Sequence record: PP989838.1 | Reading direction: 5' to 3' (one strand) | From: Escherichia phage VTCCBPA_211 | Length of the DNA: 64,000 bases | Position numbers and translations under genes: made by a program | Notes under the pieces: model-generated | Databases searched by the model: none | Seen by the model: the letters and a program-made list of their open reading frames with translations, nothing else | What the model was told of the DNA's origin: nothing | Shown: piece after piece, positions 55,881-64,000 of the stretch | Layout of the letters: each line of letters starts with the position of its first letter | Numbering within the stretch: position 1 is the stretch's first letter

Positions 55881-55897
55881 AGGGGCACGAAGCCCCT
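55881..55897 (-). terminator. terminator/attenuator-like hairpin inside tail operon
   Basis: ggggcttcgtgcccc followed by ttttattgtttt on - strand. Confidence 0.4.
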
Positions 55898-55902
55898 TGT
55901 TG

Positions 55903-58900
55903 TTATCTCCGTCCGCCAACAGCAAACTCTATCGTTAACCCATTGATAGCAGCATTACTGTTAACATCATTATCTATAACATTATAGAAAAGGTATGGAT
56001 GGTTCAGTCTCACTGAGACATGCCTGTCAACACCGATTGTATAAGTCTTAGATATGTGTGGGTGTCCATATTCATTTGAGAATTGACTACCTCCAGCTTC
56101 AAAGGTATAAGTGCCTGAGCCGGTTGTCTGAGGACGGAATCTGTTAATATGCTTCTGATTCCACTCATTTGTCACATTATCAAAATCTAGACCAGTTCTC
56201 TCCAACCTCATCTCCAGAGGCTTCTCTATAACAACATCATTTAACCTGTCATAGAAATAATCAAGAGCACCTACATCCACTTGGTAGAATCCCCTCAAGA
56301 ACGAACCTACTACCGTAACCCTCTGTCTAAAGTTTGTTGCATCCTTTCTCCAAACAAGCTCTTTGATGGATTGGTCATCCCAAGTGATTTCTTGGAAGTC
56401 AGACCAGATTGGACCTCTTTCTAAAACAGGAGGATCAACCAGACCAATACACTGAGCATATGGGATAGTACGGAAAGACCAGGTATCAAACTCATAATTC
56501 CATACAGCAGCTTTGGTGCAAGCGAAGCTTTCTTTTGGTTCTCCCGGACCTACATACAGAACCCAAACTTCTTTTTTATCCTGATGCAAGTGTACTCGAG
56601 TTGCTAGAGGGTTAACCAGACACACCTCGTTAATCAGCATGTTCTTGACACGATTAGATGCAATTGACTTCTTGGTTGCACCATTGTGTAAGATTACATC
56701 GTTCTGAGTAACTACGAAGTGGCTACCTTCTACTTCAACCACACACTCAGGAGCAAGGATACCAGAATCGTTAAAGAGCTTCTTGAACATTAGAGGCTGG
56801 TACGTGTTATTAGTCGGAGAACCAATATACGTTTCAAACTCTGTATAAACGAACAAGTAGTCTTTAAGAGGTAAGATATCAATCAAGCTGCCGTTAGAGT
56901 CAGCTAAGTCAATGTAACCAGCATATCCATTTTCTAAAGCCTGAGTCTGTCCTACGATGTTAGAAGCTAAGTCTGAAGACACAACTCGATCATAGGCAAA
57001 GTCATCCCACAGTGTAGGGGCTTTGTTCTCGTTGGCAAAGTTAGACCAACGAAGACGAAGCGGGTAGTTAGTGGTAACACCAGAAGCATTAGCCTCTCTC
57101 ATATTCAGAGCAAAAAGACGGTTGTTAAAAGATCTTACTCTCTCACATTTCCAGTTAAACTTCTTGACTGAAGGGTTTCCATCATTATCAACAACTGTTT
57201 GCTCACCCCACCCCGGAAGGTCTACAAAGTATTCTGATTCGAATTCTTTTACCTGAGGAGTTTCATAGTGAGTTGTAGCAACTGCACAGTTAGAGATAAC
57301 AGCGTGATACCAAGGATAGTCATCAAAAGCATCGTAATCCTTCTGAGTCATCTGACTGACAGTACATGTTACGTTAATCTCTCCTTTACGAAGAGCAACC
57401 AGTTTGATAGATTTACCAGTAACTGAGGTTGTAGAAACATAACCAGTTTTATCAACAGACCACTGATAAGAGTAATCACCTTCTGGAGAAGCCGTAGCTG
57501 TAATGACAATCTCTTCACCAACGTCAAGAGAAGCGCTGACAATATCTAAGGTTACAGATGACAGAGGGGTTGCCAGTAAAGAAGCTCTTGCAAAACCTTC
57601 AATGTCATTCACGTTAGAGTAATCATAGAAGTTGTTACCTTCATACATCCCTGACGTATCTATACCAGATGTAGGCTCAGCAAAATAGGTTACTTCCTCG
57701 CTTTCAGGAGGAGTTACTACTTCCTCGTCTTGAGTTTCTACTGACTCTGGCACAGGAGCAGCAAATGCCATAGCACTTGTTCTCATTGCCCTTCCAGCTA
57801 AATCCACACGTACAGTACAGACAGCAACTCTGTTACCTTCTTCAGTGGTAGCTGTAATCTCAGTAAAGCCAGCAAGTAAAGCATTTATTGTCCCTTGTGT
57901 GCTAGTCCCCGATACTGTTGCAATATTTGGATTAGAAGAGGTCCAAGTAATATTTTGATTAGGGGCGTTAGCAGGAGAAAGGGTAGCAGTTAAGATGTAC
58001 TGAGAACCTCTACTCACAGTAACATCTGACTGGCTTAAAGAGATACTATCAATCTGAGGGATAGAAACAATCTCACAAGAAGCAGTCTTAGTCCCGTTAT
58101 CAGCAGTGATTGTTACATTACCTTCTCCATTCGCTGTAATGACAGCAGTTAAAGAGTTGGCGTTAGGAGTTACAGATACAATAGAAGCGTTATTGCTGGA
58201 CCAAGTTACAGGAGTTTTGCCAGTAACAGCCGTGAGAGTAGTAGTCCCTCCTTTACGAATTGTAACAGTGTCTTGACTCAAGAAGATGCCTGAATCACCA
58301 TCGATGATATTAACAGCAATCTGAGCCACTACAGAGTCATCAGCAGTAGAGATAGTTACTACAAGATTACCTTCTCTCTCAAAAGATGTTAGAGTAGCAA
58401 GTTTAGAATCGTTAGGGTCTACTGTAATACTTCCATAAGATGAGTTACTAACTTCCCAAACAAGATCGATATTATTAGCATCAGCAGGAAGAAGAGAAAC
58501 CTCTAGATTCTTGGTCTGATTGAAGTTCATTGAGATAGTTGATTCTTTAGGAACGATCTGAGAAACAACTGGATAAATCTTAATTGAGGCAGAAGCCTTC
58601 TTAGTGACTGTAGCAACCTTACGGCTAATATCAGTCAAGCTTTCATCTGTCAGTTTGTATAACTTCTTATCCGTACCTACAACAAGAAAGCTATTACCTG
58701 CGCTATAATAATCGAAAGGCATAGAAACGAAAGACAGAGGGGTTAAATCCTTATCTTCATCTACATAAGAAAGAGGGGCATTGCCCCCCGTCTTAAATAC
58801 TCTCTGCTCAACAAATCGAGCATTTATAGCATTAGTGAAAGCATTAGGAGCTAAGTCTGTCGGAGCCTGATCAGCGATAACGCCTACAGCACCTAGTGAC

Positions 58901-58920
58901 TTTATTGGATACAGCGCCAT
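55903..58920 (-). CDS. large structural protein with bacterial Ig-like (Big_2-type) repeats; putative adhesin/tail spike
   Basis: Several roughly 80-aa Ig-like repeats in the middle region. Confidence 0.65.
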   Translation of the reverse strand: MALYPIKSLGAVGVIADQAPTDLAPNAFTNAINARFVEQRVFKTGGNAPLSYVDEDKDLTPLSFVSMPFDYYSAGNSFLVVGTDKKLYKLTDESLTDISRKVATVTKKASASIKIYPVVSQIVPKESTISMNFNQTKNLEVSLLPADANNIDLVWEVSNSSYGSITVDPNDSKLATLTSFEREGNLVVTISTADDSVVAQIAVNIIDGDSGIFLSQDTVTIRKGGTTTLTAVTGKTPVTWSSNNASIVSVTPNANSLTAVITANGEGNVTITADNGTKTASCEIVSIPQIDSISLSQSDVTVSRGSQYILTATLSPANAPNQNITWTSSNPNIATVSGTSTQGTINALLAGFTEITATTEEGNRVAVCTVRVDLAGRAMRTSAMAFAAPVPESVETQDEEVVTPPESEEVTYFAEPTSGIDTSGMYEGNNFYDYSNVNDIEGFARASLLATPLSSVTLDIVSASLDVGEEIVITATASPEGDYSYQWSVDKTGYVSTTSVTGKSIKLVALRKGEINVTCTVSQMTQKDYDAFDDYPWYHAVISNCAVATTHYETPQVKEFESEYFVDLPGWGEQTVVDNDGNPSVKKFNWKCERVRSFNNRLFALNMREANASGVTTNYPLRLRWSNFANENKAPTLWDDFAYDRVVSSDLASNIVGQTQALENGYAGYIDLADSNGSLIDILPLKDYLFVYTEFETYIGSPTNNTYQPLMFKKLFNDSGILAPECVVEVEGSHFVVTQNDVILHNGATKKSIASNRVKNMLINEVCLVNPLATRVHLHQDKKEVWVLYVGPGEPKESFACTKAAVWNYEFDTWSFRTIPYAQCIGLVDPPVLERGPIWSDFQEITWDDQSIKELVWRKDATNFRQRVTVVGSFLRGFYQVDVGALDYFYDRLNDVVIEKPLEMRLERTGLDFDNVTNEWNQKHINRFRPQTTGSGTYTFEAGGSQFSNEYGHPHISKTYTIGVDRHVSVRLNHPYLFYNVIDNDVNSNAAINGLTIEFAVGGRR

Positions 58921-58929
58921 AATTCCTCC

Positions 58930-59733
58930 TTAGCTAATACGTCTCCAAATGTGAGCTGCTCTGAATGGTGGCAAAGTGTTAATAGGTTGACGAGAGATAT
59001 CATCACGACCAAGACTTACACTACCAGAGATTGTATGAGTGTGAGTATCATTATCAGTTCTCTGACTATATCCACCACCCGGACTATACCAGTTTGGCGA
59101 GCTGTTATGACCACTAGCATCTCCACGACCAAATACCATATTGTGACTGTGAGTATTACTGGATAGAGAGAAGCTGGAGCCATTAACTGTCATCAAAGGT
59201 ACGTTCTCAGTTCGAATGGTATTGAAGACACGACCACCAGTACCACCTGCTTGGAACTCAACTCTCTGAGCATTAGGAACAGAGCCATCAGGGTTTACTA
59301 CACCAGTACCCATAATGACACCAGTCACTTTAGCCCAAGAACCAAACCCTAAGGAGATTGAGTCACCGGGGTTAATATCTTCTTCAGTGATGTAGTAAGA
59401 ACCAATTCGATAGAGCTTATTCTCCATCCAGTTCTTCATGAACGCTTCCATCTGACCTTTAGTAACAACGTCCTTGTCACCAGTTCCCGGAGTAACGTTC
59501 TTGATCATAAGACCACCAACATCCATTGCATCACCAGTAAACTTGAGCTTCTCTGACATAATCTTAAAGGTGTCAGAATCTATATCAACCGGTTCTGTAA
59601 CATTGGGGAATGTGTTCTGTAACGTTTGTTTAATGAGGCGGATTTGAGCCGCCCCTTCGTAGATGTAATCCCTGTCTCTAGGATAGAGTGGGTTTAAGTC
59701 GGTAATAACTACCGCATTAGTTTCGATAGCCAA
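58930..59733 (-). CDS. tail fiber protein with phage tail-collar-like motif
   Basis: TDNDTHTHTISGS and LPPFRAAHIW resemble the tail collar domain (recollection). Confidence 0.6.
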   Translation of the reverse strand: MAIETNAVVITDLNPLYPRDRDYIYEGAAQIRLIKQTLQNTFPNVTEPVDIDSDTFKIMSEKLKFTGDAMDVGGLMIKNVTPGTGDKDVVTKGQMEAFMKNWMENKLYRIGSYYITEEDINPGDSISLGFGSWAKVTGVIMGTGVVNPDGSVPNAQRVEFQAGGTGGRVFNTIRTENVPLMTVNGSSFSLSSNTHSHNMVFGRGDASGHNSSPNWYSPGGGYSQRTDNDTHTHTISGSVSLGRDDISRQPINTLPPFRAAHIWRRIS

Positions 59734-59745
59734 AAGGCACCTCCA

Positions 59746-60237
59746 TTAATATTTACCTTCGGTGTAAAGATTAGCTTCTGCAACTCTTCTATTATGAAGA
59801 CCCTGACTTCTCTGCTTCTCTCCCTTGACCGTTATTTTATCCCAACGAAGAAATTCGGAATAAACATCCCCCTTAACATCTCCATTGATTACCTTCCTTA
59901 ACTTAGATGTGCTCAAAGCCCCACTGCCAACATTGAAGTTGAAAGAAGTGAGTGCATCAAACTCATGAACTAGTAAAGGAACCTTTATGTTCTTCTGAGT
60001 AGCACGAACAGAGTCTTGTGTGTCTCTATCTAGCAGAGCTAGACAATCCTCTATAGAATACGTTAATCCTTGTCTAACCGGATAACCATTCATATCGCGC
60101 GTAGCCCCTACACATATAGTCCAGATACCTGCGGAATCTTTATAAGCCTTGGTTCTCATACCCTCATGCTTCATGATGAATTCCATTCCAGCTGGGCTTA
60201 AGTTTAGTTGTACAGGTGGCAATGCGACGTTATCCAT
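59746..60237 (-). CDS. endolysin, GH24 phage lysozyme
   Basis: EGMRTKAYKDSAGIWTICVGAT and VPLLVHEFDALTSFNFNVG match P22/lambda-type lysozyme motifs. Confidence 0.85.
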   Translation of the reverse strand: MDNVALPPVQLNLSPAGMEFIMKHEGMRTKAYKDSAGIWTICVGATRDMNGYPVRQGLTYSIEDCLALLDRDTQDSVRATQKNIKVPLLVHEFDALTSFNFNVGSGALSTSKLRKVINGDVKGDVYSEFLRWDKITVKGEKQRSQGLHNRRVAEANLYTEGKY

Positions 60238-60266
60238 TTCTAACCTCCTTTTGTAGTCCCTTTAAA

Positions 60267-60485
60267 TTAAGGTAGTATCTTTCTCAGAGCGTTAGATTCA
60301 GCATCAGGGCAAATAACAACCAAGTTGTTTTGAATAGTTCTCTGCTTACATTGAGAACTAAGCTTCTCAACAGGAGCTGGTGCTGTGACTAATGGATGGA
60401 CTGCGTTAACAGGAACTGCTGTAGAAACCACAACCCCTGCACCTAAACAGACTAAACCGTAAACAGCTTGTTTCATCATTTTCAT
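60267..60485 (-). CDS. small membrane/secreted protein next to endolysin (possible holin or lysis accessory)
   Basis: Hydrophobic N-terminus AVYGLVCLGAGVVVSTAV. Confidence 0.35.
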   Translation of the reverse strand: MKMMKQAVYGLVCLGAGVVVSTAVPVNAVHPLVTAPAPVEKLSSQCKQRTIQNNLVVICPDAESNALRKILP

Positions 60486-60558
60486 TTACGTATCTCCTAT
60501 GTATTAACCTCTTGGGATATATTAGTTTCATTACCTACTAGCTCTAGTTACTACTAAA

Positions 60559-60573
60559 GCCCCCGAAGGGGCA
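60559..60573 (-). terminator. stem-loop after tail fiber gene
   Basis: gcccc cgaa ggggc hairpin 3' of gene stop at 60579. Confidence 0.35.
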
Positions 60574-60578
60574 ATAGA

Positions 60579-62759
60579 TTATTTACCAGATTTTAACTCT
60601 GATACCTCTTTCTTAAGATCTTCGATCTGTTTCATAAGTTCGAGGATAGCTTCGTGATGGAGGGCGGCAGCAACACCATAAGTATCAACTGCTTTAGTGT
60701 CTTCTACAACTGTACCATCAACAAGTTCTGTCTCCCCAATATTCTTAACTGCATCAGGGAATACAGTTTCAACATCCTGAGCAACAAAGCCAAAACCAGT
60801 AGGGTTGCCAGTAGTTTTGAGGTTCCAAGAAACACCTTTAATCTGCTTCATCTTATCCAGAGGGTTATCTATCCGTTGGATGTTCTCTTTAATTCGAATA
60901 TCAGAAGAAGGGTTTACTGTAGCGTACACAGCACCAGCAAAACGAGTCTGGTACGTACCATCGCTCATCAGCTGAGAGTAATAAGCATAGCTGCTACCAA
61001 TCTTCAATTCTACAACTGAGACTCGAGTTTTGTCAGCACCTGTACCAAAACTATTACCCCAATGTTCAAACCAAGCTTGATCTCTAGCTCTGCTCCCTCC
61101 AGGTATTACTGACATACCTAAAGTCTGGGTTCCGGGTTCCGTACTCGTAATTCTCAGTCTCCCTGTGCCTACATAAATCTCATTGGTACTATTAGAGAAG
61201 TCAAACTTCATATTACCACTTCGAATAGAACCACCACTTGGGAGTACGAAAACTCCACCATCGGTAAAATCATAAACCTGAGTAACATTCTTGGTTTTAT
61301 TAAAGACGTTCATACGTCCTACGTAAGTACCGCCAACCTCACCATTAGCTCTTAAAGAAACCTGAGCTTCAGTGTCCCCACCTACTAGGTACTGAGAACG
61401 CAGTTCTCCACCATTTACAGTTGTTCCAGAATTAGGAAGGGTAGTATCTTGATTAATAACAGCCCAAGACGTATTAGCAGCAGTAAATCCACCGTGTGCA
61501 CGGATAGTCCAAACACCAACAACGTGACTTGGGTAAACTTCGGTTGTAGAATCACGCCCGTATACGGAGTTGCCGTCGGATAGCTTGAATGTAACGGAAC
61601 CTGTGGCGATCGTCCCTCCGCTGGTTATATGTGCGGTGTTAAGCAGTCCTGGTTTGAATGCCCCGCTGGCTGCCGATGGACCCATGGTTTGGAATAGCCC
61701 TGCTACATTGGGAGCAGCGTTCTCCCTAATCATACCATTGTTATTCGACACACCACCGTCACCACGAGCAAACAGGCCAGAGACAGAATCAGCCCCCGTG
61801 AACCCGTTAACGCCGTTCTTCTGAACACCGTTCCTGTCAGGTACACGGAACGTTGTTTCTCCGTCACCAAGTGAATACTTGCCGCGATTGGCTGGGTCTG
61901 CAAGCCACTCCGCATCACTGACAGGAGTTAGAAGCTGTGCATAAGCCCACAAGTCAGGGTAATCAGCACGATTAAGAAGTTGTCCATCAGACAGCACTTC
62001 AAAAGCTGGGATAAAAGCTCGACTATCTCGTAAGTGGAAATCACCAATACCAAAGTTAGAGATACCACTCATCGTAGGACCACCAGAGCCACCACCACTG
62101 TTTCGAAGCTGTCTCAAAGTAACCGCATCACAATCACCAACTGCATCAGGGACGGTTACTGGTTGAGTGAAAGTAACTTTCTGTGTGAGCTGTTTGATAT
62201 CAGAGTTAATTCCTGTACGAGTAACACCAATAGTCCGACCTTTGGAGTCTTTAACGTAAGAACCAATCGCAGCGAAAGGTAAATCCTCAATCTCAGGGCG
62301 GTATCGTTTAGAATAAACAGGGTACTTAGTTTCTACCCCAGAGTCATTCTGGTCAACAACCTGAAGACGACCAGCGGAATGAATCTCTACACCTTGAACT
62401 GAAGAGGCATAACTACCAATCTTGATTGAGTTATCAGTAGTCACTTTCATCATATCCACAGACTCTACACCATTAGCACCAGTAGAGCGGAATGGAGTAT
62501 CATTAACAACCCAAGGGTCTTCTCGGAACAAAGCACCGGACATGATAGGTTGAATTGAATCCAGCACAAAATCTTTAGATGCACCTTCTGCTTTAGTTTG
62601 GTAAGTAGCAGCTGCGTCAGTTTTCTGTAAATATTTTCCGGTGAGATCAACAGCACCAGCCTGTCCATCTACAGTAGAAACACCAACAACAGCCGCATCT
62701 CTGGTTACAACTACATGAGGCATCATTATGCCAGATTTGGGCATTAATTCTCTAGACAT
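60579..62759 (-). CDS. tail fiber with C-terminal intramolecular chaperone (peptidase S74-like) domain
   Basis: C-terminal SDIRIKENI...GVSWN...GFVAQDVETVFPDAV; collar-like LLNRADYPDLWAYA. Confidence 0.8.
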   Translation of the reverse strand: MSRELMPKSGIMMPHVVVTRDAAVVGVSTVDGQAGAVDLTGKYLQKTDAAATYQTKAEGASKDFVLDSIQPIMSGALFREDPWVVNDTPFRSTGANGVESVDMMKVTTDNSIKIGSYASSVQGVEIHSAGRLQVVDQNDSGVETKYPVYSKRYRPEIEDLPFAAIGSYVKDSKGRTIGVTRTGINSDIKQLTQKVTFTQPVTVPDAVGDCDAVTLRQLRNSGGGSGGPTMSGISNFGIGDFHLRDSRAFIPAFEVLSDGQLLNRADYPDLWAYAQLLTPVSDAEWLADPANRGKYSLGDGETTFRVPDRNGVQKNGVNGFTGADSVSGLFARGDGGVSNNNGMIRENAAPNVAGLFQTMGPSAASGAFKPGLLNTAHITSGGTIATGSVTFKLSDGNSVYGRDSTTEVYPSHVVGVWTIRAHGGFTAANTSWAVINQDTTLPNSGTTVNGGELRSQYLVGGDTEAQVSLRANGEVGGTYVGRMNVFNKTKNVTQVYDFTDGGVFVLPSGGSIRSGNMKFDFSNSTNEIYVGTGRLRITSTEPGTQTLGMSVIPGGSRARDQAWFEHWGNSFGTGADKTRVSVVELKIGSSYAYYSQLMSDGTYQTRFAGAVYATVNPSSDIRIKENIQRIDNPLDKMKQIKGVSWNLKTTGNPTGFGFVAQDVETVFPDAVKNIGETELVDGTVVEDTKAVDTYGVAAALHHEAILELMKQIEDLKKEVSELKSGK

Positions 62760-62773
62760 TTAAATCTCCTTAA

Positions 62774-62790
62774 AGCTCCCCGAAGGGAGC
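62774..62790 (-). other. intercistronic stem-loop between tail fiber genes
   Basis: agctcccc gaa gggagc hairpin followed by SD aaggag and ATG 62759. Confidence 0.3.
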
Positions 62791-62799
62791 GTTGTTAGT

Positions 62800-64000
62800 T
62801 TACTCAGAAGGCATTTCAACACGAACTGAGATAAAAGCATCACTCGGGATATCAATAGGATCACCGTCAGAGAAACCTTCTATCTCATTTCTAGCAAAAA
62901 CCGGAGAGGTTGGATGGGTTCTGTGATAGGTTTTAACTAAAATAGAACCATCTTCTTTAATCCCATAATCCAGCCAAACCCTAGGTTGTTTGTTGCGATC
63001 AGTAGGAATTTCAAAGCCGCCGTCGATGCCTCCCCATTTTGCATCTGCGTTTAAGCCAAGGCAGCCGGTAATCAAGTACTCACCAACACCTTGCCGAATG
63101 ACATTAACCCCCTCAGATTCCTCGTTCGTCTCATATCGACCGTTTGAGTAAATATTAACTATCGGAGATGCCGCTTTGATAAATCCGTTTACATCAGTAG
63201 TGGTGTTTTTGTTTGTAAGACAATGGACATATTTTATTGTTCCGTCTGCAATCTTTATTGCGTAAGATATACGACCATATCCTGAGGCTTCGCCACCAGA
63301 TCCTGCATAGGACACACCGTGGGCAATCCAGAAGTTAGTATCCTCTGGCTGCATATACCAGTAGCAGTTAAACATATCTAAAGTAAACAGGCCATTCCCG
63401 GAGGCATGTTGGACACGATCACCAGCACCACCTACGCCTGAATTTGCTGGAGTGTTACTTAGCGCTCCAATATTGAACCTTGCACCAGCAGCATCTCCAG
63501 CCCCTGTCCCACCATTAGCAACAGGTACATTATCCAGAGTAGAAACACTTCCCAACCCTAAATTAGATCGGGCACTAGCAGTATTATTCGCTCCAGTACC
63601 ACCATTGGCAATTGGTATGATATCTAGAGTAGCTGTTGGACCTAAACCAAGGTTAGCAAGTGCCTCACTGGCTGTAGATGCTCCAGTACCACCCGCTTCT
63701 ATAGATACTGGATTAGGTGTCCAGCTCTCAGAGGAGAGATCACTTCTCTCTTGTACAATAAAGTACCCATCATCCCTTAATACAATCCTGTTTAACAGGT
63801 TCGGGGAGAAGATAAATGCATGATTGTTTTGACTGGTAAATGGGTTTATTTTTAAAACATCACGAATCCCATCTACGGTTGTAGATCCAGTCCCTCCTTG
63901 AGAGATGGATAACGGCGTTGTGAGTCCAGATAAAGATGTAATGTCAGAGTTTGCACCAGAAGCGGCAGCACCTAAGATAGATCTGGAGATGTTTACGTTT
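62800..64000 (-). CDS. tail fiber with tandem phage tail-fibre repeats; 5' end lies beyond window
   Basis: - frame has no stop from 63556 to 64000 (checked codon by codon); repeats STLDxxPxANGGTGAxxxAxARxNLGLG. Confidence 0.6.
   Translation of the reverse strand, partial: NVNISRSILGAAASGANSDITSLSGLTTPLSISQGGTGSTTVDGIRDVLKINPFTSQNNHAFIFSPNLLNRIVLRDDGYFIVQERSDLSSESWTPNPVSIEAGGTGASTASEALANLGLGPTATLDIIPIANGGTGANNTASARSNLGLGSVSTLDNVPVANGGTGAGDAAGARFNIGALSNTPANSGVGGAGDRVQHASGNGLFTLDMFNCYWYMQPEDTNFWIAHGVSYAGSGGEASGYGRISYAIKIADGTIKYVHCLTNKNTTTDVNGFIKAASPIVNIYSNGRYETNEESEGVNVIRQGVGEYLITGCLGLNADAKWGGIDGGFEIPTDRNKQPRVWLDYGIKEDGSILVKTYHRTHPTSPVFARNEIEGFSDGDPIDIPSDAFISVRVEMPSE

Noticed and set aside
63400-63700. 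Tandem repeats considered as a possible CRISPR-like or non-coding array
   Set aside because: Repeats are in-frame coding repeats of a tail fiber, with no spacer/repeat regularity.
63452-63823. + strand ORF (123 aa, Pro/Ala-rich)
   Set aside because: Antisense translation of the tail-fibre repeat region; the - strand frame is open and encodes the conserved repeat.

Overview
The window reads as a near-contiguous stretch of a lytic dsDNA phage genome; no rRNA, CRISPR array, integrase or lysogeny genes were seen. By recollection only (no search run), the phage-encoded sigma factor, TAATGTATA promoter-like motifs, single tRNA-Arg and amidoligase cluster resemble phiEco32-type podophages. Layout: (1) 1-12.4 kb, + strand early region with an AT-rich leader, three tandem sigma70-type promoters, about 1.4 kb with no long ORF, then many small ORFs including paralog families. 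(2) 12.4-22.2 kb, a tightly packed + strand operon encoding two GS/GCS2-like amidoligase candidates, a class-II glutamine amidotransferase (apparent AUU start exposing Cys1, Cys-rich C-terminal module), an ATP-grasp ligase and a GGCT-like cyclotransferase plus several unknown proteins. This is my main candidate for an uncharacterised peptide/gamma-glutamyl ligation system. (3) 22.4-44.6 kb, replication and nucleotide metabolism: primase-helicase and DNA polymerase each interrupted by an HNH-ORF-containing insertion (putative group I introns), stand-alone 3'-5' exonuclease, Pol-beta-type nucleotidyltransferase, dCTP deaminase, Dps-like protein, thioredoxin, ThyX with a variant signature motif, PhoH, SSB, spanin-like pair, sigma factor, FEN exonuclease, HNH nuclease. 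(4) 44.7-64 kb, - strand virion/lysis module: large internal or tape-measure-like protein, Q/N/G-rich proteins, SLT transglycosylase, tail fibers, GH24 endolysin. All functional calls rest on motifs read from the translations and remembered family signatures; none was checked against a database.
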